Shown: piece after piece, positions 27,874 through 37,912 of the stretch | Numbering within the stretch: position 1 is the stretch's first letter | Layout of the letters: every line of letters begins with the position of its first letter | Assembly: GCA_949299015.1 (NCBI GenBank) | Contig: CASFYT010000002.1 | Coordinates: 50,781-114,780, forward strand | Length of the DNA: 64,000 nt | Reading direction: 5' to 3' | Source of the DNA: an uncultured Bacillota bacterium | GTDB taxonomy: Bacteria; Bacillota_I; Bacilli_A; RFN20; CAG-288 | Notes under the pieces: model-generated | Databases searched by the model: none | Told to the model about the DNA's origin: nothing | What the model saw: the letters and a program-made list of their open reading frames with translations, nothing else | Position numbers and translations under genes: made by a program

Positions 27874-30278
27874 TTCGCATCGCACTTTGCGGAAATCCCA
27901 ACTGTGGCAAGACGACTCTCTTCAACAACCTGACGGGAGCGCGGGCACACGTTGGCAACTGGCCCGGCGTCACGGTCGAGAAGCGAGAAGGAACGTATCG
28001 AAGGAAGAAGGACTTTCCGGAGGAGATTCAGATCGTCGACCTTCCTGGAATCTATTCCCTTTCTCCCTATACGCCTGAGGAAGTCGTCTCTCGGAACTAC
28101 ATCCTGGACGAAAAGCCGGACGTCGTCATCAACCTCGTCGATGCGACGAACCTCTCGCGCAACCTCTTCCTGACCTCTCAGGTCCTGGAGATGGATGTCC
28201 CTGTCGTCGTCGCCTTGAACCTCATGGACGTGATCGAGAAGCGCGGAGACGAGATCGACGTCGAAAAGCTCAGCTTGGAGCTTGGCGTTCCGGTCATTCC
28301 GATTTCTGCCTTGAAGGGCACCAACATGAAGCTCTTGATGCAGACCTGCTACGATCTCAAGGGGACCAAGAGGGAAGGAAAGCTGATGCTGGAGGACGAA
28401 AGACTCAAGAAGGCCATCTCCGAAATCGGTCAGCGCTGCAAGGAAGAAGGAATCCCCTCTCCTCTTTTCGTCGCAAGCAAGATGGTGGAAAACGATGCCC
28501 TCGTCATCAACAAATATCCTGACATTGTACAAAATATTTCATCTATCATCGAAAAAGATGGCATCAATGAAGATGTCAATCGATTGGAGGAAAAGGTCGC
28601 CGATGATCGATATTCATATATCGACGATAAACTATATCGATATTACAAGAGGGGCATCCTTCGGCCGAAGAGATCCTTCTCGGATCGGGTCGACAGCATC
28701 CTGACCAACCGCTTCCTCGGACTTCCCATCTTCGCGGTCGTCATGTTCCTGATCTTCTGCATCGTCTTCAATTCCGACTTCCTTTTCATGGGGGCCATGG
28801 GCATGCCGCCGGTCCGTCCCTTCTTTGAGGATGCCGAGCCTGGAATGCCTTCCCTTGGCATTGTCCTGCAGGACTTCCTCGACTGGTTCCTCAACGGACT
28901 TGTCCTCGGAAACTTCTCGGCCTGGCTGGAGTCGGTCCATGCCGATCCCTGGTTCGTTTCCCTGCTCTGTGACGGCATCCTCGCCTCGGTCTTCGCGGTC
29001 ATCACGTTCCTGCCGCTCATCGTCCTGCTGACCTTGTTCATCCAGCTTCTGGAGAACTCGGGATACATGGCACGCGTCGCCTTCGTCTTCGATCGTCTGC
29101 TCCGTCGATTCGGCATCTCGGGAAAGTGCGTCGTTCCGCTCATTTCGTGCTTCGGCTGCGCCGTTCCGGGCATCATGGGAGCACGGACGATCGAAAGCCA
29201 GAGAGAGCGCGTGATGACGATTTCCCTGACGCCTTTCTTCGCCTGCAGCGCCAAGCTTCCCATCTTCATGGGCGTTGGAACGGCCATCATCCAGGAGCTG
29301 ACGGGCGGGGCTTTGCAAGGCGGAATCGTGGCCTTCGTCATGTATGCCATCGGAATTGTCGGCGCGATCCTGGCCGGCTACTTCTCCAACGAATTCATTC
29401 TCCAGGGAAAGTCCTCTCCCTTCATCATGGAGTTCCCGCCCTATATGGTTCCGCAGGCGAAGGCGACGGGCATCGCCCTTTGGGAAGAGACGAAACGCTT
29501 CTTGATCCGCGCGGGAACGATCATCGCCCTGATGTCGGCCCTCCTTTGGTTCCTTCAGTCCTTCCAATGGAATTGGACCATGGTTCCGACCATCGAGGTC
29601 GAGATTGAAGGGGAACTCCAGGAAATCGGCGACATCAGCCAGTCGATCCTGGCGTCGATCGGAAGCTTCATCCAACCGATCTTCTATCCTCTCGGCTTCG
29701 CCCATGGCTCGGATGGCTGGAAGTACGTCGTCTCCTCGATCACGGGGCTCGTGGCCAAGGAACAGGTCGTGGGCACGATGGAGTCCTTGGACATCTATTC
29801 GATCCAGTCGGCGGGCATCAACGTCCCGGGCGCCTTCTCCTTCCTGACCTTCAACCTCTTCACCCTCCCCTGCGTGGCGGCGATCTCTGCGGCGAAGGCC
29901 GAGCTCCGCAGCAAGAGGAACTTCCGCTATGTCCTTCTCTTCTGGATTGTGACGTCCTATCTTGTCTCCTTGATTACCTACGGATTAGGTTCGCTTTCTT
30001 TGATTGGAACATCCGCCTACGGAACGTTGGAATTGGTCGATACGATCATCGCCTTCGTCCTCATCGGCGGCCTGGTCCTCCTGATCGCCCTCAATGCCTT
30101 CTCCCTTCGTCGGAGGCAGAAGCCGATCCACTTGATTCCTTTCGTGGTCGACGACAAGAACGTCGCCTTCGTCAACAACGCCATCGACGTCCAGACGGCG
30201 GGTGTCGCGACGAACGTCGCCTGCGAAAAAAAGGGTATCTTTGGGCATAAAAACCACAAAAACGGATGCTGTCATTAG
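27870..30278 (+). CDS. feoB: ferrous iron transport protein B
   Basis: GNPNCGKTT, VGNWPGVTVE, DLPG, FGCAVP, AKEQVV, TLPCVA motifs. Confidence 0.97.
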   Translation: MIRIALCGNPNCGKTTLFNNLTGARAHVGNWPGVTVEKREGTYRRKKDFPEEIQIVDLPGIYSLSPYTPEEVVSRNYILDEKPDVVINLVDATNLSRNLFLTSQVLEMDVPVVVALNLMDVIEKRGDEIDVEKLSLELGVPVIPISALKGTNMKLLMQTCYDLKGTKREGKLMLEDERLKKAISEIGQRCKEEGIPSPLFVASKMVENDALVINKYPDIVQNISSIIEKDGINEDVNRLEEKVADDRYSYIDDKLYRYYKRGILRPKRSFSDRVDSILTNRFLGLPIFAVVMFLIFCIVFNSDFLFMGAMGMPPVRPFFEDAEPGMPSLGIVLQDFLDWFLNGLVLGNFSAWLESVHADPWFVSLLCDGILASVFAVITFLPLIVLLTLFIQLLENSGYMARVAFVFDRLLRRFGISGKCVVPLISCFGCAVPGIMGARTIESQRERVMTISLTPFFACSAKLPIFMGVGTAIIQELTGGALQGGIVAFVMYAIGIVGAILAGYFSNEFILQGKSSPFIMEFPPYMVPQAKATGIALWEETKRFLIRAGTIIALMSALLWFLQSFQWNWTMVPTIEVEIEGELQEIGDISQSILASIGSFIQPIFYPLGFAHGSDGWKYVVSSITGLVAKEQVVGTMESLDIYSIQSAGINVPGAFSFLTFNLFTLPCVAAISAAKAELRSKRNFRYVLLFWIVTSYLVSLITYGLGSLSLIGTSAYGTLELVDTIIAFVLIGGLVLLIALNAFSLRRRQKPIHLIPFVVDDKNVAFVNNAIDVQTAGVATNVACEKKGIFGHKNHKNGCCH

Positions 30279-30306
30279 AATAACCGCTTTCATGCCGTCG
30301 CCGATA

Positions 30307-30336
30307 TTGACAAGAAAGGAAACGTTGGATTACACT
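30307..30336 (+). promoter_or_regulatory. sigma-A promoter
   Basis: TTGACA-18 nt-TACACT. Confidence 0.7.
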
Positions 30337-30342
30337 TTAATC

Positions 30343-30444
30343 AGCCAAGAGCCATGGGTTTCTTAGGCGATGAAAGCGACAATAAATTCCAACATAAAAT
30401 TCCTTTTGCTCTCTCCCCTGTGCATCTGTACAGGGGAGTTTTTT
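30343..30444 (+). ncRNA. candidate ~100-nt small RNA (or attenuating leader of the NUDIX gene)
   Basis: Bounded by a promoter and a strong terminator; 5' hairpin; duplicated AAATTCC motif; no complete ORF with RBS inside. Confidence 0.5.
30413..30444 (+). terminator. intrinsic terminator
   Basis: CTCCCCTGT..ACAGGGGAG followed by TTTTTT. Confidence 0.88.
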
Positions 30445-30464
30445 GCATCACGAGGAGGACTGCC

Positions 30465-30875
30465 ATGAAGCAAGAATTCAGCTATGGTGCCGTTGTCTAC
30501 CGGACGATCGACGGGAAGAGGCTTTACCTGATCGAGAAGATGCGTCAGGGACACTTTTCCCTTCCGAAGGGACACATCGAACCGGGCGAGACGCCTCTCG
30601 AGTGCGTCCGCCGCGAGATCAAGGAAGAGACGAACCTCGACGTTTCGGTCGATACGGGCTTTGCCCATACGATCACGTATTCGCCCGGCAAGGGCGTGAC
30701 GAAGGACGTGACCTTCTACCTAGCGACGCCGACCTCGACCGATCTCCGCGCACAGCCGGAGGAAGTCCAGGAAATCTTCTTCCTTTCCTACGAAGAGGCC
30801 CTCGCCGTCCTGACTCACGCCTCGGACAAGGAGACGCTCGTGCGGGCGGAATTCTTCCTTTCCCGTCGACGATGA
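30465..30875 (+). CDS. NUDIX hydrolase (Ap4A hydrolase-like)
   Basis: PKGHIEPGETPLECVRREIKEETNL Nudix box; GAGGAGG RBS. Confidence 0.92.
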   Translation: MKQEFSYGAVVYRTIDGKRLYLIEKMRQGHFSLPKGHIEPGETPLECVRREIKEETNLDVSVDTGFAHTITYSPGKGVTKDVTFYLATPTSTDLRAQPEEVQEIFFLSYEEALAVLTHASDKETLVRAEFFLSRRR

Positions 30876-31297
30876 AGCGAAGTTCGGAAGAAAACCATCG
30901 GTTGATGGCTTCGATCCGAGGAAAGGATACCTCGATCGAAGTCTGCCTTCGGAAGGCGCTCTATCGCGATGGCTATCGCTATCGGAAGAACTTTCGGGAG
31001 CTCCCGGGGACGCCGGACATCGTCCTGACGAGGGAGAAGGTCTGCATCTTCTGCGACGGCGACTTCTTTCACGGATACGATCAGGCGAAGATCGAGAGGG
31101 AAGTGAAGACGAACGCCGAATTCTGGAAGGCGAAGATCGAAAGGAATCGACAACGGGATCGGCAGGTCGACGAGCTGCTCAGCGCGAGAGGATACCTCGT
31201 CCTTCGATATTGGGAACACGAAATCCGACAGGACCTGGAGAAGGTCGTCTCGGAGATCGAACTCATCCTGACGGAAAGAAGGCGCAAGGAAGGATGA
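30872..31297 (+). CDS. vsr: very short patch repair endonuclease
   Basis: M.SIRGKDT..E, LPGTPDIV, FCDGDFFHG, FW..KI.RN..RD motifs. Confidence 0.93.
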   Translation: MKRSSEENHRLMASIRGKDTSIEVCLRKALYRDGYRYRKNFRELPGTPDIVLTREKVCIFCDGDFFHGYDQAKIEREVKTNAEFWKAKIERNRQRDRQVDELLSARGYLVLRYWEHEIRQDLEKVVSEIELILTERRRKEG

Positions 31298-31778
31298 GGA
31301 AGGATCGGGGGAAATCCAATCCAATGGGCAGAAAAGAGAAAGCGAGAATTGAATCAAAAGGCAAAGCCATGGTCAATCGAATCTTGATTTCCCGTTTCCT
31401 TGATTTCTTCATGACAGCCACGTCTGTCGGAATCCGTCAGTGACAAAGAGACCGGACTGAGTGTGAAAAATGGTTTTTCCAAAAAGGGATTGCTTTTTCG
31501 GCAACTCATCCATTCTGTGGAAAGCGAACCATGAAATTCAATTTGTCTGATATATTTTTTTTCGGGTGATACATGAATTTTGATAGGATCTGCCTTTTGA
31601 AAACCTCAAGGGACCATCACGGAAGACTTTGTGGACAAGGATGAGCGAGGCAAAAAGCGCTCAGGACGATCGATCCATGAAAGTCCATTGACTGAACCTG
31701 AATCGAGCGGGTGCTTGTCGACGTCCTTGTCTTCTTGAGGTCCGTCAGGGATTCGGTCCTTTCCGGAAGAGGAACGGT

Positions 31779-31808
31779 AAAAGAAAAGGAAGGACTTTCG
31801 TCCTTCCT
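31779..31808 (-). terminator. intrinsic terminator after rpiB
   Basis: AGGAAGGAC-TTTC-GTCCTTCCT with adjacent A-rich tract. Confidence 0.8.
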
Positions 31809-31810
31809 CC

Positions 31811-32272
31811 TTACTTGCAGTGGTCCTTCTCGTACTGCTCGATCATCTCGACGCGCCGTTGGTGACGTCCTTCGTGGGGCGTCGACGAGAAGAAGATGTC
31901 GATGCGCCTCAGGACGTCCTCCAGGGGCATGTAGGCTCCGCCGAAGGCGATCATGTTGGCGTGGTTATGCGTCACCAGGAGGTGGCTGACGGAATCGTTG
32001 TAGCCGATTCCGCAGATGACACCCTTGACCTTGTTGGCGCAGATGCTGACGCCTTCGCCGCTGGTGCAGACGAGGACGCCGGCCTGGGCCCGTCCTTCCG
32101 AGACGGCGGTCGCCGCCTTGAAGGCCGGTTCCGGATAGTTGCAGCTCTCCTTGGAGTTGGTTCCGCAGTCGATGACTTCGTATCCCATCTCCTGAAGGTG
32201 CTTGATGACGGCCTCCTTGTAGGGATAGCCGCCGTGGTCGCAGCCGAAGCTGACAGTCTTAATGTTTTCCAT
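31811..32272 (-). CDS. rpiB: ribose-5-phosphate isomerase B
   Basis: GCDHGG, ANKVKG, HNHAN, GRHQRRV motifs. Confidence 0.92.
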   Translation of the reverse strand: MENIKTVSFGCDHGGYPYKEAVIKHLQEMGYEVIDCGTNSKESCNYPEPAFKAATAVSEGRAQAGVLVCTSGEGVSICANKVKGVICGIGYNDSVSHLLVTHNHANMIAFGGAYMPLEDVLRRIDIFFSSTPHEGRHQRRVEMIEQYEKDHCK

Positions 32273-32873
32273 AGTATGTCTCCTTGATTGAATCCAGCGA
32301 GATTTCTCCTTCGCGGATCATCCGGACGTCGCCGTGGCTGAGGTCGACGACCGTGCTCGGAACGAGACGGTCGCAGCGTCCTTCGACCAGGTAGGCGATG
32401 TCCTCGTTGTCCCGGAAGGTTTCTTCGACGTCTGCCGCCGCCGTCAGCGCCTTCGACCCGGAAAGGTTGGCGCTGGTGACCTGAAGCGGCTTCTTCAGGA
32501 GCGAGAGGAAGGAGAGAAGGTCCTTCTTGGCCGGGATGCGCAGGCCGCAGATGCCGGTTCCCAGATGGGATTGGAAGGGGCAGCCTTCCTTCGCCCGGAC
32601 GAGGATGGTCAGCGGTCCGGGAAGGAATCTCTTCCTCACGCGGTCGATGCCCTCGTCGATGAGGAAGTACGGGGCGAGGTCGAAGTCGTCGGAGACCATG
32701 CAGGCGATGGCCTTGTCCGGCCTCCGTCTCTTGGCGGCCACGAGCCGCTCGTAGGCCTTCTCGTCGTCCCAGAGGACGCCAAGCCCATAGACCGTCTCGG
32801 TCGGCAGGGCGACGACCTTCCCTTCCTTCAGGGCGGCGACGAGCCGTGGATCCGAAAAATCCGTTCTTTCCAT
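32259..32873 (-). CDS. tsaC: threonylcarbamoyl-AMP synthase (Sua5/YrdC)
   Basis: PTETVYGL, K.R...K, PGPLT, TSANLSG, PSTVVD motifs. Confidence 0.93.
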   Translation of the reverse strand: MERTDFSDPRLVAALKEGKVVALPTETVYGLGVLWDDEKAYERLVAAKRRRPDKAIACMVSDDFDLAPYFLIDEGIDRVRKRFLPGPLTILVRAKEGCPFQSHLGTGICGLRIPAKKDLLSFLSLLKKPLQVTSANLSGSKALTAAADVEETFRDNEDIAYLVEGRCDRLVPSTVVDLSHGDVRMIREGEISLDSIKETYYGKH

Positions 32874-32908
32874 GGTCTTTGTCGGGGATGGGAGGAAAAG
32901 GGGAGGGA

Positions 32909-33481
32909 TTACTTCTTGCGGTGCGGGTTGAGGATGTTGACGAACGTATCCTCGTCCGGCGTCAAGGTCCGATTGTAGGCGTAGTACTTGGAATAGGGGT
33001 AGCCGTAGTGAAGGCAGAGGTCCTTGAGGATGACGCCCTTCTTGGTATCGTAGACCTTCTTGATGGCCGTGAAGCGGATGACGTCGAGGTCCGTGTCGGG
33101 CGTCAGTCCGAGTTCCTCCGGCTTGGCGATGTAGCTGTCGCAGAGCGTCACGGCCTCCTGGAAGATCCGCACCTTGCGCTCCTTGGCCGTCTCGGGAGCG
33201 GGTTTGCTCTTGCGGACGACCTTGCGGCGCGGCAGGCCTTCCAGACCGTACTTGGACCTCCATAGGCCCAGGACGCCGTTGATGCGGCTCCTTCCGAGGA
33301 CGCGGACGGAGAGTCCGTTGTCGGTGAAGACCTGGAAGGGATCCTCTCCCTTCTTGAGGGCTTCGCAGACCTTGAGGGCGAATTCCTCCTTGAAGATGAC
33401 CTTGGCGGTCGTGCACTTCTCGACGTTCGGATTCTTGTTGAGGACGCGTTGGGCGTGCTTGGTGAAGGGTCTGGATGACAT
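32909..33481 (-). CDS. HTH protein resembling IS3-family OrfA, no catalytic domain
   Basis: FT.....L.KNPNV.......F.EEF........G..P..VF...G.....LG..RI......WR; strong RBS inside the ftsH 3' end. Confidence 0.7.
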   Translation of the reverse strand: MSSRPFTKHAQRVLNKNPNVEKCTTAKVIFKEEFALKVCEALKKGEDPFQVFTDNGLSVRVLGRSRINGVLGLWRSKYGLEGLPRRKVVRKSKPAPETAKERKVRIFQEAVTLCDSYIAKPEELGLTPDTDLDVIRFTAIKKVYDTKKGVILKDLCLHYGYPYSKYYAYNRTLTPDEDTFVNILNPHRKK

Positions 33482-33482
33482 G

Positions 33483-36173
33483 TCAATTTCCTCCTTGATT
33501 ATCGTTCGTGTTATCCGACGAATCCGGCTGATCGTCCTTCTTCTCTTCCGGTTCCTTCCGATCGGTCGGAAGGATCTCGTTCACGACGCCCTTGCGGACT
33601 CCTTCCGCCGGGCTCTCCTTCGGCTCATAGCGGGCTCGCAGGGAGAGGACCGTCGGATTGTCCGTCTTGACCAGGAGGACGGGAACGCCGGAATAGGCCT
33701 CGATGTGGCTGGCGAAGGTTTCCAGGGAGAGGGAGATGTTCATCGTCTGGGAGTAGTCGAGGAAGATCATGCCGATGCGGCTGGGATCCGCGGCGCCCTG
33801 GATGCAGGCGTGGCGGAACTCCTCGTTGCTGATGGGACCCGACCGTCCGGTGGCGACGACCAGGACCAGGCGGGAAGGATTTCCTGCCAGGATGCGGTCG
33901 GCCGAGACGTAGAACGGTTCGAAGCCCGGATAGAGGATGATGTTGTTGGGGTTCTTCGGGTTGAGTCCTTCCTGCGTCTGGAGCTTGTGCTCGTCGACGG
34001 GCGGAAGGTGCCGATTCTTGAGGAGGTAGCTGATCTGGTCGCCCGTGATGGTCTCGTATTCGATGAGGGTCTTGGCAATCAGCTCGACGTCCTCCCTGTG
34101 CTCCGTCAGGAGCTTGGTCGCCTGTTCGTGGCATTGGTCGATGATGTCGCGGACGGCCTTGTCGATCTCGTAGGCGATCTGGGTCGAGTAGTTGGCCTGG
34201 GTGGAGGTGTAGTCCCTTCCCAGGAAGACCGAGCCGCCGGGCTTCTCGTATTGGATCGGACCCAGCTCCGACATGCCGTATTGCGTGACCATCGAGCGGG
34301 CGAGCTGCGTCGCGACCTCAATGTCGTTGGACGCGCCGGTCGAGACGTCTCCGAAGAAGATCTCTTCGGACGTCCGTCCTCCGAGGTAGCCCGTGATGCG
34401 GGCCATCATCTGGTTCTTGGTCAAGAGGAAGTGGTCCTGGGCCGGTGTCATCAGGACATGGCCGCCTGTCCGTCCGCGGGGGACGATCGTGATCTTCTGG
34501 ACCACGTCCGAATAGGGAAGGAAGATGCCGATGACGGCGTGGCCCGATTCGTGATAGGCCACCTGTCTCTTCTCGTTCTCCTCCAGGTGGGATTTCTTGG
34601 CCGGTCCCGAGATGGCACGGTCGATGGCTTCGTCGATGTCCGCCGTCGTGATGGCGTCGCGGTTGGAACGGACGGCGAGGATGGCGGCATCGTTCATGAT
34701 GTTGGCGAGGTCCGCGCCGGAGAAGCCGACCGTCCGCCCGGCGATCTCGTTGAGGTCGACGTCGGAGGCCATCTTCTTGTTGCGGGCGTGAACCTTGAGG
34801 ATGTCGGCCCTGCCCTTGCGGTCGGGAAGGTCGACGGTGATGGTCCGGTCGAAGCGGCCCGGACGCGTCAGGGCGGGATCGAGGACGTCGGAGCGGTTGG
34901 TCGCCGCCATGATGATGACGCCGGAGTTGTCGGCAAAGCCGTCCATCTCGACGAGGAGTTCGTTCAGGGTCTGCTCGCGTTCGTCGTTTCCGCCGCCCAG
35001 TCCGGCGCCTCTCTGACGGCCGACGGCGTCGATTTCGTCGATGAAGATCAGGCAGGGGGCGTTGGCCTTCGCCGTCTTGAAGAGGGAACGGACGCGCGAG
35101 GCGCCGACGCCGACGTACATCTCGACGAAGTCGGAGCCGGAGATGGAATAGAAGGGGACGCTCGCCTCGCCGGCGACGGCCTTGGCCAGCAAGGTCTTAC
35201 CGGTTCCCGGAGGGCCGACGAGGAGGACGCCGTGGGGAAGCTTGGCGCCCAGGCGCGTATATTTGTCCGTCGAGTGGAAGTAGTCGACCAGTTCGACGAG
35301 TTCCGCCTTCGCCTCGTCGCAGCCGGCGACGTCGGAGAAGCGGACCTTGGAGGTGGATTCCTTGCGGGCGATGTTGTTGACGAATCCACCCATCGGGCCG
35401 CCGCTTCCTCCGCTCATGGAACGGCTCATGCGGCTGTAGAGGTAGATCATGACGCCGATGAAGACGATGAACAGGAGCAGAGGAATGAGCCAGGAACCGA
35501 TGTCGGACGTCGATTCCAGGCCGAACTGGAAGTGCAGCGTCGTGTAGTAGCGATGCGGGAGGTTGTCCTCTCCGGTGTAGGTGACGTAGTCGATCAAGGG
35601 GATGATGTATTGCTGGTACTCCTCCTGGCTGATCGCGGTCTGGAAGCTGTAGGCTTGGACGCGGTTGTTGCTGTCCACGACCGTGTAGTTTCCCTGGAGG
35701 TAGATGATCTCGCTGGAGATGTTGCTTTGGACGGCGGTCATCGTCAGGCCGTAGTCGTCGGGGGAGACCAGGTAGGGGACGAAGCGCCCGACCGGGATGA
35801 TGACGCCGTTCGGGTTCGTCTCGGCATCGTAAATGGTGAAGGTCTTGCCTTCGGGAAGAGGTTCGGTCCGCGGGTCGTTGTAGCCTTCTTCGTCGGGGTT
35901 GTAGTCGACCTGGTAATGGAAATCGCTGTTGTTGAGGGAGACGGAATAGGTCGTGCTGCGGAAGACGAAGAAGTACAGCATCAGCGCGATGACGGCGACC
36001 AGGGCGAGGGCCAGGAGAATGACGGAGATGTAGCTTCTTCCTCCCCGGGGGTTCTGGGAATGGCGTCCGCGCTCGGGTCTCGGGTTCTGCGGGCTATCGC
36101 CATCATCCGAAAAATTCATCCTGTAGGAAGAGGAATCGTATCGAATTGAATCGGTGCTATCTTTTTCTTTCAT
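33483..36173 (-). CDS. ftsH: ATP-dependent zinc metalloprotease FtsH with C-terminal extra domain
   Basis: Two TMs, [37 protein letters not shown]. Confidence 0.96.
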   Translation of the reverse strand: MKEKDSTDSIRYDSSSYRMNFSDDGDSPQNPRPERGRHSQNPRGGRSYISVILLALALVAVIALMLYFFVFRSTTYSVSLNNSDFHYQVDYNPDEEGYNDPRTEPLPEGKTFTIYDAETNPNGVIIPVGRFVPYLVSPDDYGLTMTAVQSNISSEIIYLQGNYTVVDSNNRVQAYSFQTAISQEEYQQYIIPLIDYVTYTGEDNLPHRYYTTLHFQFGLESTSDIGSWLIPLLLFIVFIGVMIYLYSRMSRSMSGGSGGPMGGFVNNIARKESTSKVRFSDVAGCDEAKAELVELVDYFHSTDKYTRLGAKLPHGVLLVGPPGTGKTLLAKAVAGEASVPFYSISGSDFVEMYVGVGASRVRSLFKTAKANAPCLIFIDEIDAVGRQRGAGLGGGNDEREQTLNELLVEMDGFADNSGVIIMAATNRSDVLDPALTRPGRFDRTITVDLPDRKGRADILKVHARNKKMASDVDLNEIAGRTVGFSGADLANIMNDAAILAVRSNRDAITTADIDEAIDRAISGPAKKSHLEENEKRQVAYHESGHAVIGIFLPYSDVVQKITIVPRGRTGGHVLMTPAQDHFLLTKNQMMARITGYLGGRTSEEIFFGDVSTGASNDIEVATQLARSMVTQYGMSELGPIQYEKPGGSVFLGRDYTSTQANYSTQIAYEIDKAVRDIIDQCHEQATKLLTEHREDVELIAKTLIEYETITGDQISYLLKNRHLPPVDEHKLQTQEGLNPKNPNNIILYPGFEPFYVSADRILAGNPSRLVLVVATGRSGPISNEEFRHACIQGAADPSRIGMIFLDYSQTMNISLSLETFASHIEAYSGVPVLLVKTDNPTVLSLRARYEPKESPAEGVRKGVVNEILPTDRKEPEEKKDDQPDSSDNTNDNQGGN

Positions 36174-36218
36174 TCGTTTCCTCCGGATAAACGGTATCTC
36201 ATCGTCCTGAATAGCATT

Positions 36219-36247
36219 ACTATAAGAAAACAAAGGCATTTTTTCAA
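36219..36247 (-). promoter_or_regulatory. sigma-A promoter of ftsH operon
   Basis: Minus strand TTGAAA-17 nt-TATAGT. Confidence 0.7.
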
Positions 36248-36423
36248 GGAACATGCATTTTTGAAAGATTGGAATACGATTCTGAAAAACGTTCGTTAAA
36301 TCCGCATTTTTTCCTTTTCGTCAATCCCCCATCGGAAAGAAAAAAACTTCCTTTGGCGCTCCAGGAAGAGCTTTTGGAAAATCAACTCCTTCCAAAAAGC
36401 GCTTACATCGGTGGAAGCGAACG

Positions 36424-36454
36424 AAAAACAGCTGCCCCGGCAAGGGGGCAGCTG
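36424..36454 (-). terminator. intrinsic terminator after eno
   Basis: CAGCTGCCCC..GGGGCAGCTG with T run on minus strand. Confidence 0.8.
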
Positions 36455-36480
36455 CGAATCTTTCCGATGGCAGAGAGAGG

Positions 36481-37872
<1,392 letters not shown>

Positions 37873-37912
37873 CTAGGAGACCTCTCCTTGGCAGAGCTGA
37901 TATAATAGGAAC

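Noticed and set aside
30343..30444. Fluoride or ykkC-type riboswitch upstream of the NUDIX gene
   Set aside because: GGCGATG is present but the pairing partner and 3' consensus of the crcB motif are missing, and the ykkC core motifs are absent.
31670..31780. RNase P / SRP / tmRNA gene in the vsr-rpiB gap
   Set aside because: Only a GAAAGTCC fragment is present. Other conserved elements and the required length are missing.
36394..36407. cre-like AAAAAGCGCTTACA upstream of ftsH
   Set aside because: One half-site lacks TG, and it lies about 150 bp upstream of the promoter. Too weak to call.
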